From Camelus dromedarius (Eukaryota), in assembly GCF_036321535.1 (NCBI RefSeq), contig NC_087472.1, positions 92,692,001-92,756,000 on the forward strand: a stretch of 64,000 bases of DNA, written 5' to 3'. The notes under the pieces are model-generated. The model had not been told where the DNA came from. It was given only the letters and a program-made list of their open reading frames with translations, and searched no databases. Below, piece by piece: positions 1 to 13,189 of the stretch (position 1 is the first letter of the stretch; each line of letters opens with the position of its first letter). Both the position numbers and the translations under genes were made by a program.

Positions 1-3000
1 AAAGTGGGCAGCAAAGGAGGAAAAGTGCCCTCACTCTGCAACGCCCCCTCTCCAGCAGGGAGGTCACCGAGGACAGGAAGGGAGCTTCAGAGGCTTAGCA
101 GAAAAAGCAACAGCCACATGACAGACAGAACTGAGAGAAACCAGAAAAGAGGGTCCCTGCGATCCCTTGCCCAACATGTGAGTCAGCAGGAGCAGGCTAG
201 GACTGGCTGCTGGAGCTCAGGGTTCCATGGACGAGTCCATGGAGAGGATGGGGGTTGACAAAGTTCAAAATGGCAATAAACACATCTATCAATAATTACT
301 ATAAATGTAAAGGGACTAATTGACTAAATGCTCCAATAAAAAGACATAGAGTTGCAGACTGGATAATAAAACAAAAGCCTACAATAAGCTGCCTACAAGA
401 CACCCACTTTAGAGTAAAGGGCACACATAGATTGAAAGTGAGAGGATGGAAAAAGACATTTCATACTAATGGAAATGAAAAGAAAGCGGGAATGGTAAAA
501 CACATCACACAAAATAAACGTTAAGACAAAAGCCATAAAGAAAGATAAAGGACACTATATAATGAAAAAAGGAATATAAGAAGAGGATATTATACTCATT
601 ACCATATATGCATTCAATATAGAAGCACCTAAATATATAAAACAAATACTAACAAAAATAAAAGGAGAAATTGATGGAAACACAATAATATTAGACTTTA
701 ACACCCCACTAACATCATTGGACAGACCTTCCAGACAAAAAAATCAATAAGGTAATGGATATACTACCTGACAGAATGAAACAGTTGGACTTGGTTAATA
801 TTTTTAGGACATTACATCTCCAAAAAACACAATACACATTCTTTTCAAGTGTGCATAGAACATTCTCTAGGATAGACCACATGCCAGTGGTCTCAATAAA
901 TTTAAGAGGATAGAAATTATTTCTAGCATCTTTTCTGACCACAATGCCATGAAACTAGAAATCAACCACAGAAAAGCAAATGAGAAAAAAAAAAAATGAC
1001 TGCACAGAGACTAAACAACATGCTTCTAAAAAACCAATGGGCCAATGATGAAATCAAGAGAAGTTAAAAAATACCTCGAGACAAGTGACAATGAAAACAC
1101 AACCACACAAAATCTATGGGACACAGCTGTCCTAAGAGGGAAGTTCGTAACAATACAGGCCTTCCTCAAAAAACAAAACAATCTCAAATAAACAACCTAA
1201 CTTACCAACTAAAAGAATTAGAAAAAGAAGAACAAACAAAACCTAAATTGAGCAGAAGGAAAGAAATAATAAGGATCAGGGAGGAAATAAATAAAATGAA
1301 GATTTAAAAAATTGAAAAAAATAAATCAAACCAAGAGCTGGTTTTTTGAAAGAGTAAACAAAATCAACAAACCTCTGGCCAGGCTCATCAAGAAGAAAAG
1401 AGAAAGGATATAAACAAACAAAATAAGAAATAAAAATGGAGAAATTACAACCAACAAAACCAAAATACAAAAAACCATAAGAGAAAGCTATGAACAACTA
1501 TATGGAAATAAATGGGACAAACTAGAAGAAATAGACAAATTTCTAGAAACATACAGTCCACCAAAACTGAATCAAGAAGAAATAGATAATTTGAACAGAT
1601 TGATCACTAGAAATGAAATAGAATCAGCAATTAAAAAAAAAGCTTCCCTACAAACAAAAGTTCAGGACCAAATGGCGTCACTGGGGAATTCTATCAAACA
1701 TACAAAGAAGAACTCACACCAGTCCTTCTCAAACTATTCCAAAAGACTGAACAGGAGGGAATACTCCCAAACTCATTCCACAAAGCCACCACCATCACCC
1801 TGATACCAAAGCCAGACAAAGACACTACCAAAAAAGAAAGCTATAGGCCAATATTGGCGATGAACATAGACGCAAAAATCCTCCACAAAATATTAGCAAA
1901 CAGAATCCAACAACACATAAAAAAAGATCATACACTATGATCAATTTGGATTCATCCCAGGGACACAAGGATGGTTCAACATATGCAAGTCAACCAATGT
2001 GATACACCACAGCAACAAGAGAATGGACAAAACCAAATGATCATCACAACAGATACAGAAAAAGCATTTGATAAAATTCAACACCCATTTACAATAAAAA
2101 CTCTTACTAAAGTAGGTATAGAGGGAACATATCTCAACATAATAAAAGCTACTTATGACAAACTTACAGCGAGTATAATACTCAACAGTGAAGAGCTGAA
2201 AGCCTTCCCCCTAAAATCTGGAATAAGACAAGGATGCCCACTCTCACCACTTCTGTTCAACATAGTATTGGAAGTCCTAGCCATAGAAATCAGGCAAGAA
2301 AAAGGAATAAAAGGGATCCAAATTGGAAGAGAAGAGGCAAAACTGTCACTATATACAGGTGACATGATACCATATATAAAAAACCCTAAAGGCTCCACAT
2401 AAAAACTACCAGAGCTGTTAAAAGAATTAGGCAAGGTAGCAAGATACAAGATTAACATACAGAAATCAGTGGCATTTCTTTACATTAACAATAAATTAGC
2501 AGGAAAAGAAAGTAAAGAAAAATCCCTTTTAAAATTGCATCCAGGGGGAGGATATAGCTCAAGGGGTAGAGCACATGCTTAGCATCCACGAGGTCCTGGG
2601 TTCAATCCCCAGTATCTCCTCTAAAAATAAATGAATAAGTAAACCTAATTATGCCCCCCCAAATAAAATTTATAATCACATCCAAAGCAATAAAATACTT
2701 AGGAATAAATCTGACTACAGAGTTGAAAGACTTACATGCAGAGAATTACAAAACATTGATTAAGGAAATTAAAAATAACTTGAAGAAATGAAAAGATATC
2801 CCATCCTCTTCAACTGGAAGAATACCGTCAAAATGGCCATCTACAGATTTAATGCCATCCCTATCAAATTACCCAGGACATTTTTCACAGAACTAGAACA
2901 TACAAATCCTTAAATTTATATGGAATCACAAAAGACCCAGAATTGCCAAAGCAATACTGAAGAAAAAGAATGAAGCTGGAAGAATAACCTTACAGACTTC

Positions 3001-4540
3001 AGACGATACTACAGAGCTACAGTAAAAAACAAAAACAAAAACAACAGTGTGCTATTGGCACAAAAACAGACACATGGATCAATGGAACAGAATAGAGAGC
3101 CCAGAAATAAATCCACAGACTTATGGTCAATTAATCTTCGACAAAGGAGGCAAGAATATACAATGGAGAGAAGAGTCTCTCTACAGCAAGTGCTGGTGGG
3201 AAAACTGGACAGCAGCATGTAAATCAATGAATTTAGAATACTCCTTCACACTATATACAAAAATAAACTCAAAATGGCTTAAAGACTTAAACATAAGATA
3301 AGACACTATAAAACTCTTGGAAGAAAAAATAGGTAAGACATTTTCTGACATAAATCTCAGCAATGTTCTCCTAGGGCAGTCTACCCAGGCAATAGAAATA
3401 AAAGCAAAAATAAACAAATGAGACCTAATCAAACTTACAAGCTTTTGCATAGCAAAGGAAACCATAAGCAAAACAAAATGACAACCTACAGAACGGGAGA
3501 AAATATTTGCAAATGATGTGACTGACAAAGGTTTAATTTCCAGAATATATAAACAGCTCATACAACTTAATAACAAAATAGCAAACAACCCAATTCATAA
3601 ATGGGCAGAAGACCTAAACAAGCAATTCTCCAGTGAAGACATACATATGGCCAATAGGCAAGTGAAAAAATGCTCAATATCGCTAATTATCAGAAAAATG
3701 CAAATCAAAACTACAATGAGGTATCACCTCACACCCATAAGAATGGCTATCATTCAAAAGTCCACAAATGCTAAATGGTGAAGAGGGTGTGGAGAAAAGA
3801 GAACCCTCCTACACTGCTGGTGGGAATGTAGTTTGGTGCAGCCATATGGAAAACAGTATGGAGATTCCTCAAAAGGCTAAAAATACTCACCACATGGTCC
3901 AGCAATCCCATCCCTGGCATACATCTGGCAGGAATTTAAATTTGAAAAGACCCAATGTTCATAGCAGCACTGTATACAATAGCCAAGATGCGGAAACAAC
4001 CTAAATGTCCCGTGACAGATCACTGGATAAAGAAGCTTTGGTATATTTATACAATGGAATACTATTCAGCTATAAAAAAGAATAAAATAATGCCATTTGC
4101 AGCAATATGAATGGACCTGGAGATCATCATTCCCAGTGAAGTAAGCCAGAAAGAGAAGGGAAAATACCCAATGATATCACTCATATGTGTAATCTAAAAA
4201 AGGAAAAAAAGAATACACTAATTAACTTATCTACAAAACAGAAGCAGACTCAGAGAGATAGTAAACAATCTTATGGTTACTGGGGAGAAAAGGGGTGGGA
4301 AAGGATAAATTGGGACTTTGAGATTTGAAAATATTAACTACTATATATAAAATAGTTAAACAACAAGTTTCTTCTGTATAGCACAGGGAACTATATTCAA
4401 TATCTTGTAGTAACCTATAAGGAAAAAGAAAATTAAAATGAATATATGTATGTATATGTATGACTGGGACATTGTGCTGTACACCAGAAACTGACACACT
4501 GTAAACTGACTATACTTCAGTAGAAAATAAAAAAATAAAA
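1..4540 (+). mobile_element. LINE-1 (young, camelid-type): 5'UTR fragment joined to a degraded ORF2, 3'UTR and A-rich tail
   Basis: ORF2 ATG at 270 (MAIN..IIT.NV.GL). Track ORFs carry RT and C-terminal motifs ([41 protein letters not shown]). A-rich tail at ~4522-4540. Many stops and frameshifts. Confidence 0.97.
2544..2671 (+). mobile_element. tRNA-Ala-derived SINE (vic-1-like) inserted in L1 ORF2
   Basis: Head GGGGGAGGATATAGCTCAAGGGGTAGAGCACATGCTTAGCA...GGTTCAATCCCCAG has A/B boxes, followed by an AT-rich tail. TSD aaaattgcatcca (2531-2543) / ataatcacatcca (2672-2684). Confidence 0.92.
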
Positions 4541-4632
4541 CCTTATCTGTAACTTGACAGAATTATGAAAATCACTAGAATTTTTTTCTAACCCCATATA
4601 CTTTGGAGACATTTTCCAAGACATGCACTTAC

Positions 4633-4745
4633 CAAAACATTGACCCAATAATCCCTTTCTATATCCTACTCATAATTCAGAAAATTTTACTGCATGATTT
4701 GCAACTTTAGTGGTGCTATGCAGACCAATCCAATTTGTAGAGGTA
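4633..4745 (-). pseudogene. Candidate pseudo-exon (113 nt, phase 1 to 0): (I)PLQIGLVCIAPLKLQIMQ*NFLNYE*DIERDYWVNVL
   Basis: Acceptor ttttctgtgtataattag, strong donor TTG|gtaagt, 2 in-frame stops. Confidence 0.4.
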
Positions 4746-5181
4746 CTAATTATACACAGAAAATAGTATTTTTTTAAAAACCATGTACTTTCACGTAAAA
4801 GGCCTTTCTAATTTAAAAATATCTCAAAAGAACTGTTGCTTTACATTATACACTAAAATTTTGAAAAACCAGATCTGAAGGAAAAGAAGTAACATGAAAA
4901 ATGAACAATATAACAAAATTCAGAAATACTCTAGTTCTTAAAGAATTTTTTAAAAGGTTGTATCCTTATTCACGTGGTGTATCACTTAATTCACTCTCTA
5001 AAACTTTGCATGTTTTCCTTCTTTCTTCCATTGTAACTCAGTATTGAGTATCACTCCCCATGTTTCAGCTAGAAACTACAGGTTAGAAACAAAAAAAATC
5101 TGTCATTTGAACAGTATGAAAGAATTGAAGAGGTTTAAAACTGGCAAATTAAATTTTCTATGGAGCCTATTTGCTGCTTAC

Positions 5182-5312
5182 TTTTGTTCCTATTTAATTG
5201 AAAATGTTGAATAGTAAATCTTTGAAAATATGATTCTACAGAAAAGTCAGATTTCCTAAAGTGATTTTTATTTATTATAGCTACATCTATAGATAGATCT
5301 ACAGATGATTTC
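5182..5312 (-). pseudogene. Candidate pseudo-exon (131 nt, phase 2 to 1): KSSVDLSIDVAIINKNHFRKSDFSVESYFQRFTIQHFQLNRNK
   Basis: Acceptor catgtctttcag, donor A|gtaagc, 43 open codons (inside track ORF 5135..5332). Confidence 0.45.
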
Positions 5313-5352
5313 CTGAAAGACATGTAGTTCATACGTTACTACCACAGTGTTT

Positions 5353-5364
5353 AAGAGGATTCAC

Positions 5365-5398
<34 letters not shown>

Positions 5399-5404
5399 TC
5401 CACT
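5353..5404 (+). repeat. Solo poly(A) insertion with 13-bp TSD
   Basis: aagaggattcact - t - A27 - aagaggatccact. Confidence 0.8.
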
Positions 5405-6661
5405 ACACCATCATTTATCCTTCTTACATGAAACAGGGGAAAAAAATCTTATATGGAATACCCTTATGCCACGAACATCTGGCCTCAGGGGTAACCTTGT
5501 AAAGACAACATGTGTATTGAAAGACATGAATTAAGTAAGTTAAACAGATTAGCAGGCCATAACAAGTAAGTTGCTCATGTTTCTTATTTTCTTAAATATA
5601 CGTTAAAATTAAAATACAGATATGTAAATTTTTAATTCTTTCAATTAGGAAAATGATTTTCTTTTATCCTCAACTCAAGACCAGGAATACCAAATTTTTC
5701 AGTTAAAATGGCTAGAAGGGTCAAACAAGTTACACGAATGAGTCAAATAGGTGACATTTAATATGGAGTTATAGGGACAAGGGCACAGTGGAAACCCTTT
5801 TTTCATCCTCGTTATGGTTATTAGTGAAATTGTGAAAGTCTATAAATTGGCAAAAAGTGTACTGGCTATGCACTCTTTTGGTTTCTATTTGCCTTTCAGT
5901 ATCTTTGAGATATCTGACAACTCTAAGTTGTAGAAAACTGATTACAATGTAAATGATTCCTGTCCACAGAAATATAAACAGTGCCTCCTGGAGATGCAAT
6001 TGATTATTGCCCTGTGGATAATGAGCAGTTTTGCATCTATTTCTAAATTCATTTCAGAATTTCTAATTGGCTTTATATAGATTTTGTTTTGTCTTGTTTA
6101 TTTTTTTAACTAGTTATAACATCTTACTGGTTTCCTCATTAATTAATGAGCTAAATAAAACCTTTGACCCATTTTCTTTTTACATTCATGACAGTTATTA
6201 TTTTACTTCTGTTAAAAATTAATTTTAATTGAATCTATATAACAGTGGACAAATAAATCACATTAGGAAAATTCCACATAAGAGTTCTGAAAAGGTTTAT
6301 TAACATGTTACAGGTATATAATACTATACTATACCAAATAATTTACAAAAATGGTATTTTGTGTCATTTATCTGCCATTCAGGTCAAATGTGAATGACAA
6401 AATAATGTATGTTTTATGATCAATTATGAAAAGCTAGATCAAAAAGTGTATGTTTGTTTAGTAAGCAATACAAGAATTTAAAAGCATGTTTATGAAAGGA
6501 AGAGGTTGGTCAAAATAATCTCAAAAAGACTTCGTAATATAAATATTCTGGAATTCTTTAATATTGTCCCTTGCATGGTTTATGAAACAGCACCAGAAGA
6601 TAAACAGTCTGTGCCCTTTCCCCTTCAGAAAAAGATAGTCAAGGTTAAGGATCTGCATTAC

Positions 6662-6794
6662 CTCAACAAGCAATAAACTTAGCTTTGCTTTAGCAACAGC
6701 TTACTTAGGTAGTATTTTCCAGAAGCCATAATTCAACACTTTTCAAATGTAAAGGTTCTAAAGTTCTTTGCCTTAGTATTAATCAAATCTCTTG
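6662..6794 (-). pseudogene. Candidate pseudo-exon (133 nt, phase 1 to 2): RDLINTKAKNFRTFTFEKC*IMASGKYYLSKLLLKQS*VYCLL
   Basis: Acceptor attattctgcag, donor GAG|gtaatg. Phase matches both neighbours. Confidence 0.4.
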
Positions 6795-7428
6795 CTGCAG
6801 AATAATTTAATTAATTGAAAATAATTTTATAAACATTGTTGATTGATCTTATATATATTTCTCTATGATTGTTTTCTGGGATGACAAATACTCCTACTTC
6901 TGGATGACATTTTTTGACTTTTTCAATTACCTATTTGTTTATATTTTCAGTTTACCCTCCAAATTTCAAATCTAGCTTCCTCAGTATTGCATTTCCTGGG
7001 TTATTCAAATCATTTGCAAGAAAATACTACATACCTTTATTTTATATATTAAAAAGCTCTAAGACACATAAAAGTGTTAAAAGTCACCATCTGATATCCA
7101 TTTGGTTTCCAAAGAACACTATCAAATTTAATTTAATTATATGTCTTAAGTACAAATAATGAAATATTTGTTATAGCATTTATTTTAAATGAGCAAAAGT
7201 TTTGGATTAAATTTTAGAATAAATTTTATACACTAAAATATACACAAAATCATTACTTTTAAAAGATGCCTTCAAAAATTTTCCTTTTTAATTTATTAAA
7301 CTCAAGTGTAAATAGTCCAAAAGAATTTAAGATAAAAAGTTTCTACTAGAGAAACATAGTAAAAACTCTTTGAAGGCAGGTCTGTTTTTTCTGACATTAG
7401 CAGTATCTCCAAGTCTCATTCCTTAGAT

Positions 7429-7605
7429 CAGCGCTGTCCAATATGCAGCCACATGTGAGTATTTAAATTAAAAATAAATTCAATCCATTTTCTCTATGGC
7501 AAAAGCCACATGTCAATGGCTTTATGACTAAACCTAATTAGTGATTACCCTATTAGTACAGACAGAAAATAGTTTCATCATTGCAAAAAGTTCTACTGAA
7601 GAGAT
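7429..7605. mobile_element. MER3/MER33-like hAT-Charlie MITE
   Basis: Terminus cagcgctgtccaata and far end tttcatcattgcaaaaagttctactg resemble the MER3 consensus. Confidence 0.7.
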
Positions 7606-7984
7606 CACCCTATATTATTACTATTCAACTTGAGCAAAATCAAACAAGTCAATATATTCACTATAAATATCTGTTTATGCAGTACTACATTTATTCAAAA
7701 AGAAAGGGTGCCTTGAATAAGGTTATGTAAGGAAATAATTTTCAGTAAAACTTAAAACCGTGACTCATCCACATACAGAAACGAATACATGTTTAAGATC
7801 TTATTTCTACTCATTCATTGAGGGAAACTGGAACAGGTTATAACCAGTTTACAGGACTCTTTCTATAAACATTTTCTTGGTGGTTACCATGGGGACTACA
7901 TAAAACATAATAAAGTTGTAATAATCCATTTGAAACCATTAAAAACTGATAACAACTTAACTTGAATCACTTACAAAAACTAGT

Positions 7985-8182
7985 CCTAGATCTTAAACGT
8001 TCTCATCACAAAAAAGAAACGTTAATTTAAAAAAAAGCAAGAAATGTTATTACGTGAAGGGATGAAGGTGTTACCTAACGCTATGGTAGTAATCATTTTG
8101 TGATACATAAATGTATCAAATCAACAAGCTTAAATTTACACAATATTACATGTCATGTATATCTCAATAAAGCAGAAAAAAA
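7985..8182 (+). mobile_element. L1MA-type 3' end fragment
   Basis: agatcttaaacgttctcatcac...atctcaataaagcagaaaaaa, a typical L1MA9/10 3' terminus. Confidence 0.75.
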
Positions 8183-9643
8183 CTCTACCTCTTTACATTT
8201 CTGTCCTTCATTTTATGTTATTGATGTCACAAAATACATCTTTTTATATTGTGTATCTATTAACATATAGTTATTTTTAGTGTTTCTTTTAAATTCTATA
8301 CCATAATTAAAAGTAATTTATGCACCAACATTACAATGTTACAGTATTCTATCTTTATCTATATGTTTACTGTCACCAGAGAATTTTATATTTTCACACG
8401 GTTTGTTGTTTCTGTCTCGCACCCTTTTCTTACAACTTGAAGAACGCTCTACAGCATTTTTTATAGGGCTTGTCTAGTGATGATGAACTCAACTCCTCCA
8501 GTTTTTGAGTATCTGATAATGTCTTAATTTTTCCTTCATTTTTGAATGACACTTTTGCCGACGGTTTTGTTCCTGTTTAGCAGTTGTTTTTTTCTTTCAG
8601 CACCAAGAATATATCACTCCATTTCCTTCTGGCCAGCAAAGTTTCAGCTGAGAAATCAGGGATATCTTTATAAAGCTCCCTTGTATATGATGAGTTACTT
8701 TTGCTGCTTTCAGGATTCTGTCTGTGACTTTTAACAATTAGATTACAATGTGTCTTAGTGTGGATCTCTGTAAATTTATTATAGTTGGAGTTTGTTGACC
8801 TTCTTGAATTTGTATGTCCATTTCATTCCTCAAATTTGGGAAGTTTTTGACCATTACTTCTTCATAACCGCTCTATTACCCTTTATCTCTTTCTTCTCCT
8901 TCTGTCATAATTCTATTCATTTGATGGTGTCCAATAACTATGTTAGATTCTCTTCACTTTCCTTCATTTTTTCTCCTCTGACTCAATATTTTTAAATGAC
9001 CTATCTTTAAGTTTACTGATTTTTCTTCTTCTGCATGGTCAAATTTTTTGTTGAATGTCTCTTGTGAACTTTTTCAATTTAATTACTGTTACTTCAACTC
9101 CAGAATTTCTATTTGGTTCTTTTTTATAGTTTCTATCTCTTGCTGATAATTTTCATTTTGTTTATATACCATTTTCTTGATTTCATTTACCATTGTCTGT
9201 TTTCTGTCTCAGCAAATTAGGTAATTTTAAGACGATCATTTTGAAATCTTTCTCAGGTAATTCATAAATCTCTTTCTTTACAGTTGGTTCCTGGAGATTA
9301 ATTTTGTTTCTTTGACTGGGTCATGATTCACTGTTTCTTTAAATGCCCTGTGACCCTTTGTTGATACTTCAGCATATGAAAAAATAGCCACCTTTCCCAG
9401 TCTTTTATGGACCAACTTCATACAGGTGAAGACCTTCACCAAGCAGCTTGGTAAAAATTCTGGGGAGCACTCAAACTTTCTCTGAGGATTCAGCTTCTTT
9501 GGGGTAATATGTGAAGTTTCCCAGTTAAAGAGCTTCCCCTATCTTTACTTGGGAGCCTGTAATCTCTTCCTCCTTCTGGTGTCTTTCTGCAGTATTGCAG
9601 TCTCTCTAGTGATGTAACAAGCCACAGTGCTTACCTTTCTTTT

Positions 9644-12055
9644 TTTTTTTAACTTACAGATTTATTTTTAATCATACACTTTTTAATGGAGGTAATATTG
9701 ATTTATAACATTTAAATTTAATGTATACAACATTACATTTTGACTTCTATTTACACTATAGTGTATTCACTACCAAAAGTTTAGCTTCCATCTATCAACA
9801 TACAGTTAGTTGACTCCCTTCAACCACTTCACCCTACCCTTACTCCTATTACTCTCTGGTAACCACTACTCTGTTTTATCTATGTGTTTATTTTATTTGG
9901 TTTGGTTTGTCCATTTATTTACTTTTTATTTCATGTATGTGTGAAATCATACATTATTTGTCTTTCTCTATTTGACTTATTTCACTTAGCATAATACTTT
10001 CACAATCCATAAATGTTGTCACAAATGGCAAGATTTCATTCTTTTTATGGCTGAGTAGTATTCCACTGTATATATATACCACATCCTCTTTATCCATTCA
10101 TCCACTGATGAGCACTTAAGCTGTTTCCAGGTCTTGGCTATTATAAATAATGCTGCAGTGAACACAGGGGTGCATATATCTGTTCAAATTAACATTTTCA
10201 TATTCTTTGGCTAAATATCTAGAAGTAGAATAGCTGGATTATATATTAGTCCCATGCTGAATTTTTTGAGATATTTCCAAACTGTTTTCCATAGCAGCTG
10301 GACCAATTTACATTCTCACCAGCAGTGTATAAGGGTTCCCATTTCTCCACATCCTCACCAAAACTTGTTATTTCTTGCCTTTTTTGATAACAGCCATTCT
10401 AATGGATGTGAGGTGATATTTCTTTGTACTTTTTATTTGCATTTCCCTAATAATTAGTGATGTTGAACATCTTTTCATGTGTCTATTGGCAATATGCATC
10501 TCTTCTTTAGGAAAATGTCTATTCAGATTTTCTACCCATTTTTTAATCAGACTGTTTGGTTTTCTATTGTTGAATTGCATGAGTTCTTTATATATTTTGG
10601 ATATTAACCCCTTCTCAAATATATCATTTGCAAATATCATGTCCCATTCAGTAGGCTGACTTTTGTTGATGGTTTCCTTTGTTTTAGTCCCATTTCTTTA
10701 TTTCTGCTTTTGTTTTCCTTGCCTGAGGAGACATAACCAGAATGATATTGCTAACACCAAAGCCAAAGAATGTATTGCCTGTTTTCTTCTAAGAAATTTA
10801 TAGTTTCAAGTATTATATTCAAGTCTTTAATCCATTTTGAGTTGATTTTTGTGTATGGTGTAAGGTGATATTCTAGTTTCATTCTTTTGCATGTGGCTGT
10901 ACAGTTTTTCCAACACCATTTATCGAAGAGACTATCCTTTTTCCATTGTATGACCTTTGCTCCTTTGTCATAAATTAATCATCCATATGTATGTGGATTT
11001 ATTTCTAGGCTTTCAGTTCTGTTTCATTGATCTGGGTATCTTTTTCTGCCAACACCATGCCCTCTTGATTACTACAGTTGTGTAGTATAGTTTGCAATCA
11101 AGGAGTATGATACCTCCATCTTTGTTCTTTTTTCTCAGGATTGCTTTGGCTATTCAGGGTCTTTAGTGGTTCCATACAAATTTTAGAATTTTTTTCTATT
11201 ACTGTGAAAAAGGTCGTTATGATTTTGTTAGAGTCTGCATTGAATCTGCAGATTAATTTAAATAATATGGACATTTTAACAATGTTAATTCTTCCAATCC
11301 ATGAGCATGGAATATCTCTTCATTTCTTTATGTCTTCTTCAATTTCTTTCAGCAATGTCTGATAATTTTAAGTGTATAGGTTTTTCAACCTCCTTGATTA
11401 AATTTATCCCTGGATATTTTACACTTTTTATTGTGATTATAAATGGGATTGTTTTCTTAATTTCTCTTTCTGTTAGTTCATTGATAGTGTATAGAATTGC
11501 AACTGATTTTTGTATATTTAACTTATACCCTTCAACTTTACTGTATTTGTTTATTGTTTCTAATGATTTTTAGTGAAATCTTTAGGGTTTGCTGTATATA
11601 AAATCATGTCATCCACAAATAGCAAAAGTTTAATGTCTTCCTTTCCCATTCAGATTTATTCAAGAGATGAAAAAATGGTTCAGCACCCACAAATCAAAGT
11701 GATACACCACATTAATACAAAGATAAAAATCATATGTCATTTTAATAGATGAGGAAAAAGCATCTGACAAGACTCAATATCTATTTAATTTGTTATCAAT
11801 TTAATTTAATTGATAAAAAAAAGCCTTAATAAAATGGGTATAGAGGGAACACACCTTAACATAATAAAGGCCATATATGACAAACATGCAGATAACGTCA
11901 TACTCAATGTTGAAAAACTAAAAGCTACTCAAGATCAAAAACAAGACAAGAATGCCTACACTTGTCGCTCTTATTCAACATAGTATTAGAAGTCTTAGCC
12001 AGAATAATTTGTCAAGAAGAAGAAATAAAAGGCAACCAAACTGGAACGAAAGAAG
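9644..12055 (-). mobile_element. 5'-inverted (twin-primed) L1
   Basis: Poly-T at ~9640, then antisense 3'UTR/ORF2 to ~11652, then sense ORF2 from ~11653 to 12055. TSD gtgcttacctttctttt (9627-9643) / gtgctcatctttctttt (12056-12072). Confidence 0.9.
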
Positions 12056-13189
12056 GTGCTCATCTTTCTTTTCAGCAGCCTACAACCTGGGGTTAAAATT
12101 TCTGTTCCTAAAGCACTCCAAATTAAGTGAGACAAAAACAAGTCCCTCATCCAGTCAAAAAGCCAGAATACTGAATGCATGTTCTACTCTTCTTTATCCT
12201 TCCTGAGGCAGCAGCCAGGGGTTGTCAGTTTTCTCCCTATCATGATGCACTGTGTCAGAGTAGAATAGGCTAAGGCATGGAACATGCCATGAATTTTCCT
12301 ATCCACTTTGATGCAGCTTTTACTGGTTCTTTTCACACCTGGGATGCAGAAAGCTTGTAACTGGTTTTTAAAGTTCTCACAAAGTCAATTCTGTCCATAT
12401 ATATATTGTTGTTAAGTCAGTGTCTCTATAGAGGAATGATGGCCTACGGCTTCCTATTCCACTGTCTTCCTGGATTTTTAACAATTTCAAATGTTAAGTA
12501 GAAGTAATGCTAACTACTCAGTCAGTAAATCTCACACATTTAGGATGAATACACCCATGCAGAATAAACAATGTACTCTCATACTTAATGCTGATAAATC
12601 AGAGAAAAAGCAAATTTTGTTAGTGGTACACTAAACTAGTCTCACATGCCAAAGATTTATCTAAATTATGTGAACTTAAAATCTTATAATATTTCAAGTT
12701 CATTTCTGTAAACATTTTTTAGCAAACTGAAAGCGTTAAAAGTTCAATTTCTTGTTTATCTCTAAGCCAATTAGAATAAAGCTCTTTTAAGAGATTTTGC
12801 AGCCTAATTTGGAGATACCATCCAACAATAAGGAACTATTACACATTCACACAATGAGAGGTAATGGCCTTTCAGAATTATAGACATATGAACATATGGA
12901 TACCCAAAGAAAGTTTATAACTTCAACACTAAAATTTCAGCCATGGGTAAAGCATAAATAGAAATATAAAATTCATCAGTCTAGATATCCATGTTCTGGT
13001 GGGCAAGAAATTCATAACTGATATGAGCTCAAATTAGACAAATAAGACAAATAGAAAAGCCTTAACAAGCCAGATTCTCTGTCATCTTGCTCCCAGCACA
13101 GATAAGACCTCTATAAACAATTAATGCATTTACATAGCTCATCAAATGATAATATTGAACTCAAGTTTCCAATCAGTGTTGCCAGTAAT

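Larger units (their letters stand above)
7860..12470 (-). mobile_element. Old L1M 5'/ORF1 region, interrupted by younger L1 insertions
   Basis: T-rich antisense L1 ORF1-type sequence at 7860-9626, resuming after 12072 and ending in a 5'-end-like motif (ggcttcctattccactgtcttcc). Confidence 0.7.

Noticed and set aside
2544..2620. tRNA-Ala(AGC)-like gene (also ~61605-61677)
   Set aside because: Mismatched stems, a shared SINE tail and a TSD show these are SINE heads.
1971..4004. Long ORFs with reverse-transcriptase motifs (also 49294-51410, 32054-33220, 41236-41532)
   Set aside because: These are fragments of degraded L1 ORF2 broken by stops and frameshifts. They are not host genes or a novel RT system.
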